64,000 nucleotides of DNA from Candidatus Spongiisociaceae bacterium (lineage in GTDB: Bacteria > Actinomycetota > Acidimicrobiia > Spongiisociales > Spongiisociaceae), in the NCBI GenBank assembly GCA_965219685.1, contig CBDCOH010000002.1:608001-672000 (forward strand). Reading direction: 5' to 3'. A program made the translations under genes and the position numbers. Shown here one piece after another: positions 47,783 to 58,009 of the stretch. Each line of letters starts with the position of its first letter. Position 1 is the stretch's first letter. Under the pieces are notes generated by a model. The model searched no databases and was not told where the DNA came from. It saw only the letters and a list, made by a program, of their open reading frames with translations.

Positions 47783-47916
47783 GTGACCATCATTCGGCCC
47801 TACCGCCATCGGCGCCGGCTCTGGCAGAAGGAGTTCGCCGGGGGACGGCGGTAAAGTTCCGAGCGGGCAGCGGCTTGTCCTCCGTACTCCGATTGTGAAG
47901 GGTGTGGGTGTGCGCG

Positions 47917-48639
47917 ATGGAGATATACCCGGCGATCGATGTCCTAGACGGCAAAGTGGTTCGTCTGTTCCAGGGCGACTACGGCGCCGCGACCACCTAC
48001 GGCGACTCGGTCGAGGATCAGTTGTCGGCCTGGATGGAGGCGGGCGCCCGATGGGTTCATGTGATCGACCTGGGCGGGGCCCGTTCTGGCGAACCGGATC
48101 CCGGCCTGTGGCGCAAGGTGACCGGTCGGGGGGTGTCGGTGCAGGTGGGAGGCGGCATCAGGAGTGTCGATGACGTGTCCGCGGCGCTCGAGTGCGGGGT
48201 GACCAGGGTCATCATGGGCACCAGCGCGGTCTGGTCGCCCTCGATCCTCGAAGAGGCGATCGCGCGCAGCGACCCTCGTCGTGTGGTAGCAGCCATCGAT
48301 GTGCGGGATGGGCGGGCTGGCGGAGCGGGCTGGCTCGACGAGGGTCGGGAGTTCCGACAGGTCGTGAAGGGCGCCCTGGAAGTTGGCGTGACCGTTTTCC
48401 TGGTCACGGCGATAAACCGTGACGGCACGCTGAGCGGCCCGGATCTGCAGCTACTCGGGAAGGTCCGGTTGGTGGCCCCCGACGCCGAGATAATGGCCGC
48501 AGGAGGCATAGCCCGCAGGGAAGACCTGCAGAGTCTGGCTGCCGCCGGGATCGACGGCGCCGTGATCGGCCGAGCCCTCTACGAAGGAACCATCGACCTG
48601 CGAGTTGCGTTGGCCTCCTTCGACACGGCCTCCCGCTGA
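47917..48639 (+). CDS. hisA: ProFAR isomerase HisA
   Basis: IYPAIDV.DG.VVRL.QG, HVIDL, QVGGGIRS, TAI.RDGTLSGP, GRALYEG. Confidence 0.93.
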   Translation: MEIYPAIDVLDGKVVRLFQGDYGAATTYGDSVEDQLSAWMEAGARWVHVIDLGGARSGEPDPGLWRKVTGRGVSVQVGGGIRSVDDVSAALECGVTRVIMGTSAVWSPSILEEAIARSDPRRVVAAIDVRDGRAGGAGWLDEGREFRQVVKGALEVGVTVFLVTAINRDGTLSGPDLQLLGKVRLVAPDAEIMAAGGIARREDLQSLAAAGIDGAVIGRALYEGTIDLRVALASFDTASR

Positions 48640-48755
48640 GTGAGTGCCCAAGAGTGGGAGTGAGTGGTTGAGCCCGCCTCCCGCGGTTCGGAATCGGTAA
48701 GACTCGATCAGTGCAAGCTAATAGAGCACGATATATTAATATCCATCACCAGCCA

Positions 48756-49901
48756 CTAGAACCAGTCCGAGGGCTTGGCGACCGTGTTCACCATGAGCGT
48801 ATCGACAACCGCCCGCATGGCTTCGCGCTCCGATGCTCCGACTTCCAGTGCTTGCCGGTAAACGGTGAGCTGGTGGTCCGCGGACGTGCCACGCCGACAG
48901 ATGGTTCGTATGTGCTCCACTTCTTCGATGCATCCGAGTTCTTCCGCATCGGGTGTCACCAGGGCGATCAACTCCTCCATCAGATCGGCAAACGGGACCA
49001 GGTCACCCTTGCCGAAGTCGATCAAGCTCTCGTGGACCCCGTACCGTTGTGCTCTCCAGAGGTTCTCGGACACGAGGAAGTTCGCATAGGTCCTCCACCG
49101 CTGGTTCTCCATACGCAGCCGCCAGAGCATTCGGAGGATGCAGACGTACAGGGCCGCGATAGAGGTAGTGTCTTCCATCCGGGTCGGGAGATCGGTTACC
49201 CGCATTTCCAGGGTCGGATACCGTGCCGAAGGCCGGATGTCCCACCACACTTTCGAGGAGTCATCGATGATCCCGGCGTTCACCAGCACTTGGACATGGC
49301 GCTGGTAGTCGGCCCACGAACTGAAGTGCTCCGGCAAACCGGTGCGGGGTGCGGCGCCGAAGACGGAAGGGCGATAGCTCTTGAGGCCGGTGTCCCTACC
49401 CTCCCAGAACGGCGAGGAGCCGGACAACGCGAGCAGATGCGGGAGGAAGTACGTGACCTGTCCCATGAGGTCGATCCTCAACTCCGGGTCTTCGATGCCG
49501 ACATGCACATGGAGGCCCGAGATGACCAGCCGCCGGATCACTCCCTGGAGGTCTGCGGCCAGTTCCTGGTAGCGCTTGGCCTGAGTGACCTGCTGTTCCT
49601 CCCACTGTGCGAAGGGGTGGGTGGAGACGGCTATCGGCGCCAGCCCGTATTCCGCCGCGGCTTCCGCCACCGCAATCCTCAGGAGTCCGATCTCGGCGCG
49701 CAGGTCCTGGATGCTGGTGCACACCTCGGTGCCGATCTCGATCTGGGAACTGAAGAATTCGGGGCTGACGATGCCGTGGTGCAGGGAACTGACCTGTTCC
49801 ATCAGCCCCCTGGGCTGGGTACTGATCAGCGCGCCCGTGTCCTGCTCCACGAGCAGGTATTCCTCCTCGACCCCGATGGTCCAACTCGGTTCTTCGATCA
49901 T
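48756..49901 (-). CDS. Carboxylate-amine ligase / glutamate--cysteine ligase GCS2 (YbdK family)
   Basis: TIGVEEEY, SQIE, GLHVHVG, SSPFW.G.DTG..S.R, WWDIRP, TLEMR..D. Confidence 0.92.
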   Translation of the reverse strand: MIEEPSWTIGVEEEYLLVEQDTGALISTQPRGLMEQVSSLHHGIVSPEFFSSQIEIGTEVCTSIQDLRAEIGLLRIAVAEAAAEYGLAPIAVSTHPFAQWEEQQVTQAKRYQELAADLQGVIRRLVISGLHVHVGIEDPELRIDLMGQVTYFLPHLLALSGSSPFWEGRDTGLKSYRPSVFGAAPRTGLPEHFSSWADYQRHVQVLVNAGIIDDSSKVWWDIRPSARYPTLEMRVTDLPTRMEDTTSIAALYVCILRMLWRLRMENQRWRTYANFLVSENLWRAQRYGVHESLIDFGKGDLVPFADLMEELIALVTPDAEELGCIEEVEHIRTICRRGTSADHQLTVYRQALEVGASEREAMRAVVDTLMVNTVAKPSDWF

Positions 49902-50737
49902 TGGTCCAAGGGTAGCGGTACACGATCGACCTGAAGGTGAACGCTTCGTTGCCTGATCGCTTCGAAGAGGACGATCCCGGCCGCGGTGGAGGCGTTGAGC
50001 GAGTCGGCGGTGCCGCCCATGGGGATCCTGACCGCTGGGTAGCGACCGTCCAGCCAGGCGCCGGTCAATCCGTACTGCTCGGACCCGATGACCACCGCCA
50101 CCGGTCCCAGGTATGACACCTCCCAGTGGTTCAACCGGGCAGAAGGAGAGGTGACGAATGTTTCGAGACTCCACTCCTGGAGCCAGGCCATCACGTCCGT
50201 GGCCGTGCCGACGGCCAGGGGGACCGTGAACAGAGAGCCCAGGGATGCGCGCACCACGTTGGGATTGAACGGGTCGGTAGCGGGGTCGGCCACCACCGCC
50301 GCTGCCACCCCCGCCGCGTCGGCGGTTCGAAGCATCGTGCCGAGGTTTCCGGGCTTCTCGATGGCCTCCACCACCAGCACCAGCCCGTCCTCGGGCAAAC
50401 CGAGTCCGTCCAGGCTCGTCTCGAACTGTGGGGCTACGGCCAGGAGACCCTCCGGCCGGTCCCGGTAGGCAGCCTTCCGGAACGGGACAGGGGCCAGACG
50501 GTGGAGCCGTGCGCCGGTCGCCGCGATCCGGTCCACGAGACCCGGTTCGTTGGTTCCCAGGAACAGTTCCTCGCAGACGAATAGATCGTCGATGCGAGCG
50601 CCCGCCTCGACCGCTCGTGCCAACTCACGGAAGCCCTCGACCAGGAATACCCGCTCCGCTTCCCGATGACGGCGGCTGCGCAACCGCACGAGACGCTTGA
50701 CCTTGGGATTGGCCGCTGACGTGATGGTTCGGGTCAA
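49898..50737 (-). CDS. TrmH/SpoU family RNA 2'-O-methyltransferase
   Basis: ITS.AN..VK, EKPGNLG...RTADAAG, VRAS.G, IGSE..GL, IPM....DSLN. Confidence 0.92.
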   Translation of the reverse strand: MTRTITSAANPKVKRLVRLRSRRHREAERVFLVEGFRELARAVEAGARIDDLFVCEELFLGTNEPGLVDRIAATGARLHRLAPVPFRKAAYRDRPEGLLAVAPQFETSLDGLGLPEDGLVLVVEAIEKPGNLGTMLRTADAAGVAAAVVADPATDPFNPNVVRASLGSLFTVPLAVGTATDVMAWLQEWSLETFVTSPSARLNHWEVSYLGPVAVVIGSEQYGLTGAWLDGRYPAVRIPMGGTADSLNASTAAGIVLFEAIRQRSVHLQVDRVPLPLDQ

Positions 50738-51366
50738 GCCGGGGGTCCCGGGCGGGGGTCGGCCGCCGGTGGACCACCCTTCCAGCGTCCCCAGTGGATC
50801 ACGTCGCCGTCCGGCCGCCATCCGCGTTCCAATGATCCCGAGCGCCGGTCGGGTGCAGGATGGCCGAGCGTCACCACCCCGATCGGCGTGTACTCATCCG
50901 GGATCCCCAGCAAGTCCTTCAGCCCCGGAAGGGCGTGCGTTCCCAGAAACCCGGCAGCCAGTCCCTCGTCCACCGCGGCCAGCAGGATGTTCTGGAGGGA
51001 GGCGCCGGCATCGATCCACCAGTAGGGAACCGGCCACCGTATCTCCCGTCCGTCCACCAGTTTGTCGGCCTCCCGGTAACGGCGCCGGTAGGCCTCCTCG
51101 GATACGCAGATGGCGATGTGCACGGGTGCCCGGCTTATCCAGGGGTCAAACCCGGCCTGCACGTACGACTGCTCGCCCGCCAATTCGGCGATGGCCCTGC
51201 GGTCCCCTTGGTCGGTTACCACTACGAACGCCTGTCCCTGCGAGAATCCGGCGCTGGGGGATCGCCGTCCCGTCTGCACGATGCGGGCCAGCGTCACCGG
51301 ATCCACCGCTTGCCGCGTGTAATTGCGCACCATCCTCCGTCGGGTGATGACCTCCTGGAACTCCAT
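50734..51366 (-). CDS. Nitroreductase family protein
   Basis: RRRMVRNY, SPSAGFSQG, IDAG...QNILLAA.DEGL. Confidence 0.9.
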   Translation of the reverse strand: MEFQEVITRRRMVRNYTRQAVDPVTLARIVQTGRRSPSAGFSQGQAFVVVTDQGDRRAIAELAGEQSYVQAGFDPWISRAPVHIAICVSEEAYRRRYREADKLVDGREIRWPVPYWWIDAGASLQNILLAAVDEGLAAGFLGTHALPGLKDLLGIPDEYTPIGVVTLGHPAPDRRSGSLERGWRPDGDVIHWGRWKGGPPAADPRPGPPA

Positions 51367-51389
51367 GCTCCGACGCTAGCGGATGGGTG

Positions 51390-52760
51390 TCAGGCTTCGG
51401 GCACTGCTCTGGCCAGGTCCTCGAGGGCCGCTCTGGCATCTGCGAAGAGCATCAGCGTGGCGTCGAGGTAGAACAGCGGGTTGTCGATTCCGGCAAAGCC
51501 GGGCGAGAGGCTTCGCTTTATGACGATGGTCGTGGCGGCCCGGTCGACATCCAGGATCGGCATCCCGTAGATGGGGGAGGAAGGATCCTCCCGGGCGGAG
51601 GGATTCACCACGTCGTTGGCGCCGACCACCAGTGCCACGTCCGTGCGGGGGAAGTCGTCGTTTATCTCGTCGAGGTCGAGCAACTGCCTGTAGGGAACAT
51701 CCGCCTCGGCCAGCAGAACGTTCATGTGGCCGGGCATCCTCCCGGCCACCGGGTGGATGGCGTAGCGAACCTCCACGCCGCGCTCGGCGAGCCGGTCGGC
51801 CAGATCCCGCGCCGCGTACTGTGCCTGTGCCACTGCCAGCCCGTAGCCCGGCACCACGATCACGTTCCGGGCGTAGGCAAGGGTCACGGCCGCATCCTCG
51901 ATGGTGGCCCTGATCACCGAGCCGCTGCCCGCGTCATCCTGTCGTCCTTCTCCGTTCCCGCCGAATGCTGCGAACAGCACGTTGGCGAGGGACCGATTCA
52001 TGGCTCTCGACATGATGGCGGTGAGGACCAGTCCGGACGCGCCTACCAGGGCGCCGGAGATGATCAGGGCGTGGGAGCCGATCACGAAGCCGGTGGAGGC
52101 TGCGGCGAGGCCTGACATCGAGTTCAGGAAGGCAACGATCACCGGCATGTCGGCACCCCCGATCGGCAGGGTTCGGGTTACCCCCAGCAGGCCCGCCAGG
52201 GCTATGAGCAACCAGAGGGCGGTGCGGTCCCCCGAACTGACCATCCATATGCCGGTGCCGACAATCACGGCCGCCAGGACCGAATCGAAGAACAACTGTC
52301 CTCTGAACAGCATGGGTCGTCCCGCAATCAGGCCCTGCAGCTTCCCGAACGCCACGAAGCTGCCGGTGAACGTGGCGAGACCGACCACCGTAGAGACGCA
52401 GACGGTGATGGCCGTCTCGACGTCCGATGGAGCGTTCTCGAGGAACTCGGCAGCCGCGACCATGCCGGAGGCGGCCCCGCCGAAACCGTTGAAGGCCGCT
52501 ACCAACTGGGGGATTCCCGTCATCGCGACGCGGCGGGCCAGAAGGGCCCCGACCGTTCCGCCCACCAGGATGCCGGCGATTATCACGGTGTAGTCGATTA
52601 TGTCGGCTTGGAGGAGCGTCAGCACAACCGCTAGCAACATCCCGCCTGCTCCCATGAGGTTGCCCGAGCGGGCGGTGAGCGGCGAACCCAACCGTTTCAG
52701 CCCAAAGATGAAGAGGGTGGCTGCGACCAGGTACAGGATCGAGCCGAGGGCCTCGTTCAC
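51390..52760 (-). CDS. pntB: NAD(P) transhydrogenase subunit beta
   Basis: PQLVA.FNG.GG, IGGADMPV, VPGYGLAVAQAQ, HPVAGRMPGHMNVLLAEA. Confidence 0.98.
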   Translation of the reverse strand: MNEALGSILYLVAATLFIFGLKRLGSPLTARSGNLMGAGGMLLAVVLTLLQADIIDYTVIIAGILVGGTVGALLARRVAMTGIPQLVAAFNGFGGAASGMVAAAEFLENAPSDVETAITVCVSTVVGLATFTGSFVAFGKLQGLIAGRPMLFRGQLFFDSVLAAVIVGTGIWMVSSGDRTALWLLIALAGLLGVTRTLPIGGADMPVIVAFLNSMSGLAAASTGFVIGSHALIISGALVGASGLVLTAIMSRAMNRSLANVLFAAFGGNGEGRQDDAGSGSVIRATIEDAAVTLAYARNVIVVPGYGLAVAQAQYAARDLADRLAERGVEVRYAIHPVAGRMPGHMNVLLAEADVPYRQLLDLDEINDDFPRTDVALVVGANDVVNPSAREDPSSPIYGMPILDVDRAATTIVIKRSLSPGFAGIDNPLFYLDATLMLFADARAALEDLARAVPEA

Positions 52761-53035
52761 CGGCGGTCCTGCCGGAACATCTCGAGCATGCGGTCGGTGA
52801 CCAGGAATCCGCCCACCACGTTGATGGTGGCGAACGTCACCGCCAGGAACCCGAGTATCCAGGCGAGGGTGTCCCCCCGGCCCGCCACGAGCAGCGCGCC
52901 TATCAGGGTGATTCCCGAAATGGCGTTGGAGCCTGACATGAGCGGTGTGTGGAGTTGCGGGGGGACCTTGGTGATCACCTCGAAACCCACGAAAGCTGCT
53001 AGGACGAAGACCGTTATCCCGATGGCCAGCGTCAC
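52757..53035 (-). CDS. pntA: NAD(P) transhydrogenase subunit alpha, part 2 (membrane)
   Basis: VPP.LHTPLMSG.NAISG, INVVGGF.VT.RML.MF. Confidence 0.96.
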   Translation of the reverse strand: MTLAIGITVFVLAAFVGFEVITKVPPQLHTPLMSGSNAISGITLIGALLVAGRGDTLAWILGFLAVTFATINVVGGFLVTDRMLEMFRQDRR

Positions 53036-54144
53036 GACGTCTCCCCGAGAAGGGTGAGGACAGCCGGGTGTACCACCTCTCCGCCGCAGGTGATGGTGAC
53101 CCCGGAACGGATCTCGTCGTCGATGTCCGGGGACAGGTCGGCCATGTAAGTGAGAAGTTCGTAGGCGTTCCGGGCGAACATCCTCGATGAATCGGCGGCC
53201 GGGCGTGCCTCCAGGCCGCTGGGTCCCACGATCGTCACCCCTTCGAACTCCACGACCTGGTCGGGTTCGGTCAGCGCGCAGTTGCCTCCTCGCTCGGCGG
53301 CTCCGTCCACGATCACCGACCCGGGCGACATCCTGGTAACTGCTTCGGTCGTGACCAGGCGTGGGGCCGGCCGGCCGGGGATGGCGGCGGCCGTTATCAC
53401 CGCGTCCGCCCCGGCCAGGTGTTCCTCGAGTAGCCCCAACAGGCGGTCCTCCTCGTCATCGTCGAGTTGGCGGGCGTAGCCACCCGAGGCGGAGGCATCC
53501 TGGGGCGCCACGTCCACCTCGATGAACGATGCCCCCAGGCTTCGAACCTGCTCAGCCGCGGCGGCCCGCACATCGTACGCCTTCACCACTGCTCCGAGCC
53601 GGCGGCAGGTGGCGATGGCCTGGAGACCGGCGACGCCGCATCCGAGCACCACCACGGTGGCGGGGCGGAGGGTGCCCGCCGCGGTGACCATCATCGGGAA
53701 GATCCGCTTGAGCCGGGAAGCCGCCTCCAACGCCATCCCATACCCGGCCAGCGTGGCTTGGGACGAGAGCACATCCATTCCCTGGGCCCGGGTGGTTCGC
53801 GGTAGGGTCTCGAAAGCCAACGCTGTCACCCCGGTTCCGGCCAGTTCGCGCATCCGCTCCGGTTCGTCGAGTGGTTCGAGCAGGCCGAGCAGGAAGGCGC
53901 CGGGCGACAGCCGGGAACGTACTTCGGCGGGGGGCGGCCGCACGGTCACCACCGCATCGGCTCCCCAGGCCGAATCGACCAACTCGCACCCGACCTTCCG
54001 GTAGGCCGCGTCGGAGAATCCGGCGCCTCCCCCGGCGCCCCGCTCGACAATGACCCTGTGGCCATCCGCAATGTAACGCCGGGCCATGCCGGGGGTGATT
54101 CCCACCCGTGGTTCCTGCTGCTGGCGGGGGCCGCCGATGTTCAT
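53032..54144 (-). CDS. pntA: NAD(P) transhydrogenase subunit alpha, part 1 (dI)
   Basis: PRTTRAQ.MD.LSSQA..AGY, G.GVAGLQAI, GGYA, IPGRPAP. Confidence 0.96.
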   Translation of the reverse strand: MNIGGPRQQQEPRVGITPGMARRYIADGHRVIVERGAGGGAGFSDAAYRKVGCELVDSAWGADAVVTVRPPPAEVRSRLSPGAFLLGLLEPLDEPERMRELAGTGVTALAFETLPRTTRAQGMDVLSSQATLAGYGMALEAASRLKRIFPMMVTAAGTLRPATVVVLGCGVAGLQAIATCRRLGAVVKAYDVRAAAAEQVRSLGASFIEVDVAPQDASASGGYARQLDDDEEDRLLGLLEEHLAGADAVITAAAIPGRPAPRLVTTEAVTRMSPGSVIVDGAAERGGNCALTEPDQVVEFEGVTIVGPSGLEARPAADSSRMFARNAYELLTYMADLSPDIDDEIRSGVTITCGGEVVHPAVLTLLGETS

Positions 54145-54193
54145 GGTTGAAAAACTATTAGCCGGCGCACGCTTAGGCCAACTCCCCCGGTTC

Positions 54194-55261
54194 TCAGGTC
54201 TCTGCTACCGCGACCGCAATCCGATCGCCCAACTCCTCGGTGGTGGCGCCCATGTCAGGTCCGCCCATGGAGTTCATCGTCGGGACCACCGCCGCCGCGG
54301 CTTCCTCGACGATGGATGCGGCCACGCCTTCACCGAGATGGGCGAGGCACATGGCAACCGACAGGACCGCAGCCACCGGGTTGGCCCATCCCAGCCCGAC
54401 GATGTCGGGCGCCGACCCGTGGACCGGCTCAAAGATCGATGGGTAGTCGCGTTCCGGATTCAGGTTGCCACTGGCGGCCAGCCCCATGCCGCCCTGAACG
54501 GCGGCGCCCAGGTCGGTGATTATGTCCCCGAACAGGTTGTCGGTGACGACCACGTCGAAGCGTTCCGGGGAGGTGACCAGATAAAGGCACATCGCGTCGA
54601 CGTGCACGTAGTCGACCTCGACGTGAGGATACTTCTCCGCCAGTTCGTTCACGGTGCGGTTCCAGAGGTCTCCCGCATAGGCGAGCACGTTGGTCTTGTG
54701 GCACAGGGTGAGGCGCTGTTGGCGTACCAGCGCCTGCTCGAAGGCGAACGTGACTATCCGTCCCACCCCGAAGCGGGTGTTGAGCGACTCCTGGATAGCC
54801 ACCTCGGCCGGCGTCCCCTTGCGCAAGACCCCTCCGGCGTCGCAGTAAGGTCCTTCGGTATTCTCCCGCGCGATCAGGATGTCGCAGCGTTCCGGCGTTA
54901 GACCGGTTATGGGGGTGGGGACTCCCGGTAGGAGCTTGACCGGCCGCAGATTGACGTACAGGTCGAAGTCGAAACGGAGCTTGAGGAGCAGACCCCTCTC
55001 GAGGATACCTGGAGGAACGTCGGGACGGCCGACAGCCCCGACCAGTACGGCGTCGTGGGAAGCCAATTCATCCTCCACCGAATCCGGAAGCACCTCCCCG
55101 GTAGCCAGGTACCGGGTTCCGCCCAAGTCGTAGTGATTGGTGTCCACGGAGAAACCGCACCGGTCGGCGGCCGCGTCCAGAGATTTGAGAGCTTGGTCGG
55201 TGACCTCAGGGCCGATGCCGTCCCCGCCGATCACAGCGATCCGGTAGCGCCGTTCACCCAT
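54194..55261 (-). CDS. leuB: 3-isopropylmalate dehydrogenase
   Basis: GDGIGPEV, LLLKLR, RENTEG.Y, HKTNV, NLFGDIITDL, EPVHGSAPDI. Confidence 0.95.
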   Translation of the reverse strand: MGERRYRIAVIGGDGIGPEVTDQALKSLDAAADRCGFSVDTNHYDLGGTRYLATGEVLPDSVEDELASHDAVLVGAVGRPDVPPGILERGLLLKLRFDFDLYVNLRPVKLLPGVPTPITGLTPERCDILIARENTEGPYCDAGGVLRKGTPAEVAIQESLNTRFGVGRIVTFAFEQALVRQQRLTLCHKTNVLAYAGDLWNRTVNELAEKYPHVEVDYVHVDAMCLYLVTSPERFDVVVTDNLFGDIITDLGAAVQGGMGLAASGNLNPERDYPSIFEPVHGSAPDIVGLGWANPVAAVLSVAMCLAHLGEGVAASIVEEAAAAVVPTMNSMGGPDMGATTEELGDRIAVAVAET

Positions 55262-56777
55262 TGACAGCGCTCAGGGCTCGGTTGAGAGCCTCTACGAAGG
55301 CATGACCCGACCCCTCCACCACGTCGGTCGAGACGGCCCGCCCGCGATGGGTGGAGCCGTTGACCTGTACTACGACGTTTACTTCGGCCATGGCGTCCGC
55401 TCCGGCTGTAACCGGAACCACACGGTAGTCGAGCAGGTCCACATCCAGCCGGAATGCTTTCTTGAGGGCGTCGAAAGTCGCATCCACCATGCCGTCCCCG
55501 GTTCCCGTGAACTCCTCGGACTCGCTCGATTCGCCACGAACCACCCGGACTGTGGCGGCAGGTGTAACGTCGCTGCCTCCACTGACCCTCATCGAGACCA
55601 AGCGGATCGTCTGGTCGGCTCGGCTCTCGCCGTAGCGGATGATTGCCCGCAACTCGCTCTCGTTGATCTCGACCTTGCGGTCCGCCAAGGCCTTGAATCG
55701 CCGGAAGGCGTCGGCGAACTGCTCGTCCTCCAGGACGATATCCAGTTTGGCGAGCGCGTCGGCAAACCCCGCCCGGCCAGAATGCTTGCCGAGCACTATC
55801 TGGCTCTCCGCTCCGACCGACTTGGGATCGATGATCTCGTAGGTCTCCCGGTCTCGCAGGACTCCGTGCTGGTGGATGCCCGACTCGTGGGCAAAGGCGT
55901 TCCGTCCCACCACCGCCTTGTTGAACTGCACCGGATAGCCGGTCAACCTGGACACCAAACGGCTGGTGGGGACTATCTCCTCGGTGTTGGCGGCGATTTC
56001 GACGCCGAAGTGATCGGTCCGCGTGGTGACGGCCATGATTATCTCCTCGGTGGAGGTATTCCCGGCTCGTTCGCCTATCCCGTTTATCGCGCCTTCGATC
56101 TGGCGCGCTCCCGCGTGGATCGCGGAGAGCGAGTTGGCGACCGCCAGCCCCAGGTCGTTGTGGCAGTGCGTCGATACGATGACGTCGTCGCGTCCATCGA
56201 GAACCTCGTCGTAGACCCGCCGGAGCAGTTCGACGTATTCCTCGGGGGTAGCGAAGCCAACCGTGTCTGGAATGTTGATCGTCGTCGCACCTTCGCGAAC
56301 GGCCGCCCTGCAGCAGGCAATCATGAAGTCGGGGTCGGAGCGGGTAGCGTCCTGCGGTGAGAACTCCACGTCGTCCGTGTATCGACGGGCCCGCCGTACC
56401 GACTCGATGATCGATCTCATGACTTCTTCCGGAGTCATCCGCAGCATCCGTTCCATGTGGATGGGCGAGGTGCTCTGGAAGACATGGATGCGATGACGCT
56501 GCGCGTGGCGTACCGCGTCGTACGCACGGTCTATGTCATCCGGTACACAGCGGGCGAGCGAGGCGATGACAGGACCCTCTACCTTGCGGGCGATCTGGGA
56601 GACCCCGTAGAAGTCCCCATCGGACGCCGCCGCGAAGCCCGCTTCGATTACATCGACGCGGAGTCTGGCCAGTTGCCGGGCGATCGCCAGCTTCTCGTCG
56701 GGAGTCAGCGCGATTCCCGGAGCCTGCTCACCATCGCGCAGGGTCGTGTCGAAGAGGATCAGTCTGTCTTGCGGCAT
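55254..56777 (-). CDS. leuA: 2-isopropylmalate synthase
   Basis: FDTTLRDGEQ, HCHNDLGLA.AN, GIGERAGN, AFAHESGIHQ, C-terminal regulatory domain. Confidence 0.96.
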   Translation of the reverse strand: MPQDRLILFDTTLRDGEQAPGIALTPDEKLAIARQLARLRVDVIEAGFAAASDGDFYGVSQIARKVEGPVIASLARCVPDDIDRAYDAVRHAQRHRIHVFQSTSPIHMERMLRMTPEEVMRSIIESVRRARRYTDDVEFSPQDATRSDPDFMIACCRAAVREGATTINIPDTVGFATPEEYVELLRRVYDEVLDGRDDVIVSTHCHNDLGLAVANSLSAIHAGARQIEGAINGIGERAGNTSTEEIIMAVTTRTDHFGVEIAANTEEIVPTSRLVSRLTGYPVQFNKAVVGRNAFAHESGIHQHGVLRDRETYEIIDPKSVGAESQIVLGKHSGRAGFADALAKLDIVLEDEQFADAFRRFKALADRKVEINESELRAIIRYGESRADQTIRLVSMRVSGGSDVTPAATVRVVRGESSESEEFTGTGDGMVDATFDALKKAFRLDVDLLDYRVVPVTAGADAMAEVNVVVQVNGSTHRGRAVSTDVVEGSGHAFVEALNRALSAVNG

Positions 56778-56845
56778 GGGGGTGCCTCCGTCTATGAGGT
56801 CGATGCGGTGGGGTGGGTTACGGGAGCAGAAGCCTCCACAGCCCT

Positions 56846-56947
56846 CTAGAGGCCGCGGAGGCGCGCTAGGACCAGTAACCCCAGGAGGCTGTCTGGGCGA
56901 GCGGCGGCGCGGGAGCCGCGTTCGGCGATGTCCCTCCTCAAGCCCAT
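56846..56947 (-). CDS. Leu-rich leader peptide of leuA ([33 protein letters not shown])
   Basis: ATG overlaps ilvC stop (TGATG); Leu codon cluster; hairpin spans its stop codon. Confidence 0.65.
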   Translation of the reverse strand: MGLRRDIAERGSRAAARPDSLLGLLVLARLRGL

Positions 56948-57957
56948 CAGTCAGGCGCTTTCGGGGTCAGGAAGGGCATCAGGTCGCGTAGCCGGGCTCC
57001 GACCTGCTCTATCTCGTGGGCGCGTTCGCGAGAACGACGGTCCAGCAGGTTGGGGGCGCCGGCGCGGGCCTCGTCCATCCATTGCCTGGCGAAGCGACCG
57101 GAACGGATGTCGTCGAGAACCTCCGCCATCACCTGTCTCGTTTCCTCGGTGACGATACGGGGGCCGGTGCTGTAGTCGCCCCACTCGGCGGTGTCCGACA
57201 CCGAGTAACGCATCCAGGTGAGTCCACCCTCGTAGAGCAGGTCGACGATCAGCTTCAGTTCGTGGAGTGTCTCGAAGTAGGCCGACTCCGGCTGGTAGCC
57301 GGCTCCGACCAGCGTCTCGTAGGAGGCCTTGATCAACTCCGACATCCCGCCGCAGAGGATGACCTGTTCACCGAAGAGGTCGGTCTCGGTCTCCTCCTCG
57401 AAAGTGGTCTCGAGGACGCCCGCCCTGGTGCCCCCGATACCCCAAGCGTACGAGAGGCCGAGTTGCTTGGCGCTCCCGCTCGCATCCTGATGCACGGCGA
57501 GCAGGCAGGGCACGCCCGACCCCTCGATGTAGGTGCGCCGCACCAGATGGCCCGGCCCCTTCGGTGCCACCATCAGGACGTCGAGACCCGGATCCGGGGC
57601 GATCTCTCCGAAGTGGATATTGAATCCGTGGGCAAACATGAGGGCATCACCCGCGACGAGGTGGGGAGCGATTTCGGCGGTGTACAGATCGGCGGCGTGC
57701 TGGTCCGGAACCAGCACCATGACCACGTCGGCCCAGGCCGCCACCTCCGGGACCGTACCCACCGCCAAGCCTTCGCCTTCAGCCTCTACTCGCCGCTTCG
57801 ACGACGGACGCAATCCCACCATGACCCTGACGCCGGACTCCCTCAAGTTGAGAGCATGGGCGTGCCCCTGGCTCCCGTAGCCGATCACTGCCACCCGTCT
57901 TCCCGATACGACGGTGGGATCGGCGTCCTGGTCGTAGTAGATCGAAGCCATGCTCAT
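56947..57957 (-). CDS. ilvC: Ketol-acid reductoisomerase
   Basis: [49 protein letters not shown]. Confidence 0.98.
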   Translation of the reverse strand: MSMASIYYDQDADPTVVSGRRVAVIGYGSQGHAHALNLRESGVRVMVGLRPSSKRRVEAEGEGLAVGTVPEVAAWADVVMVLVPDQHAADLYTAEIAPHLVAGDALMFAHGFNIHFGEIAPDPGLDVLMVAPKGPGHLVRRTYIEGSGVPCLLAVHQDASGSAKQLGLSYAWGIGGTRAGVLETTFEEETETDLFGEQVILCGGMSELIKASYETLVGAGYQPESAYFETLHELKLIVDLLYEGGLTWMRYSVSDTAEWGDYSTGPRIVTEETRQVMAEVLDDIRSGRFARQWMDEARAGAPNLLDRRSRERAHEIEQVGARLRDLMPFLTPKAPD

Positions 57958-58009
57958 GTTCCCCTGCTAGTCGGGCGGGAAGGGATTCTATCGCTTGTCC
58001 GGCCGGGCG

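Noticed and set aside
48711-49934. Long antisense ORFs here and elsewhere (e.g. 19882-21159, 14225-15370, 55302-56360)
   Set aside because: Typical high-GC shadow ORFs opposite well-supported genes.
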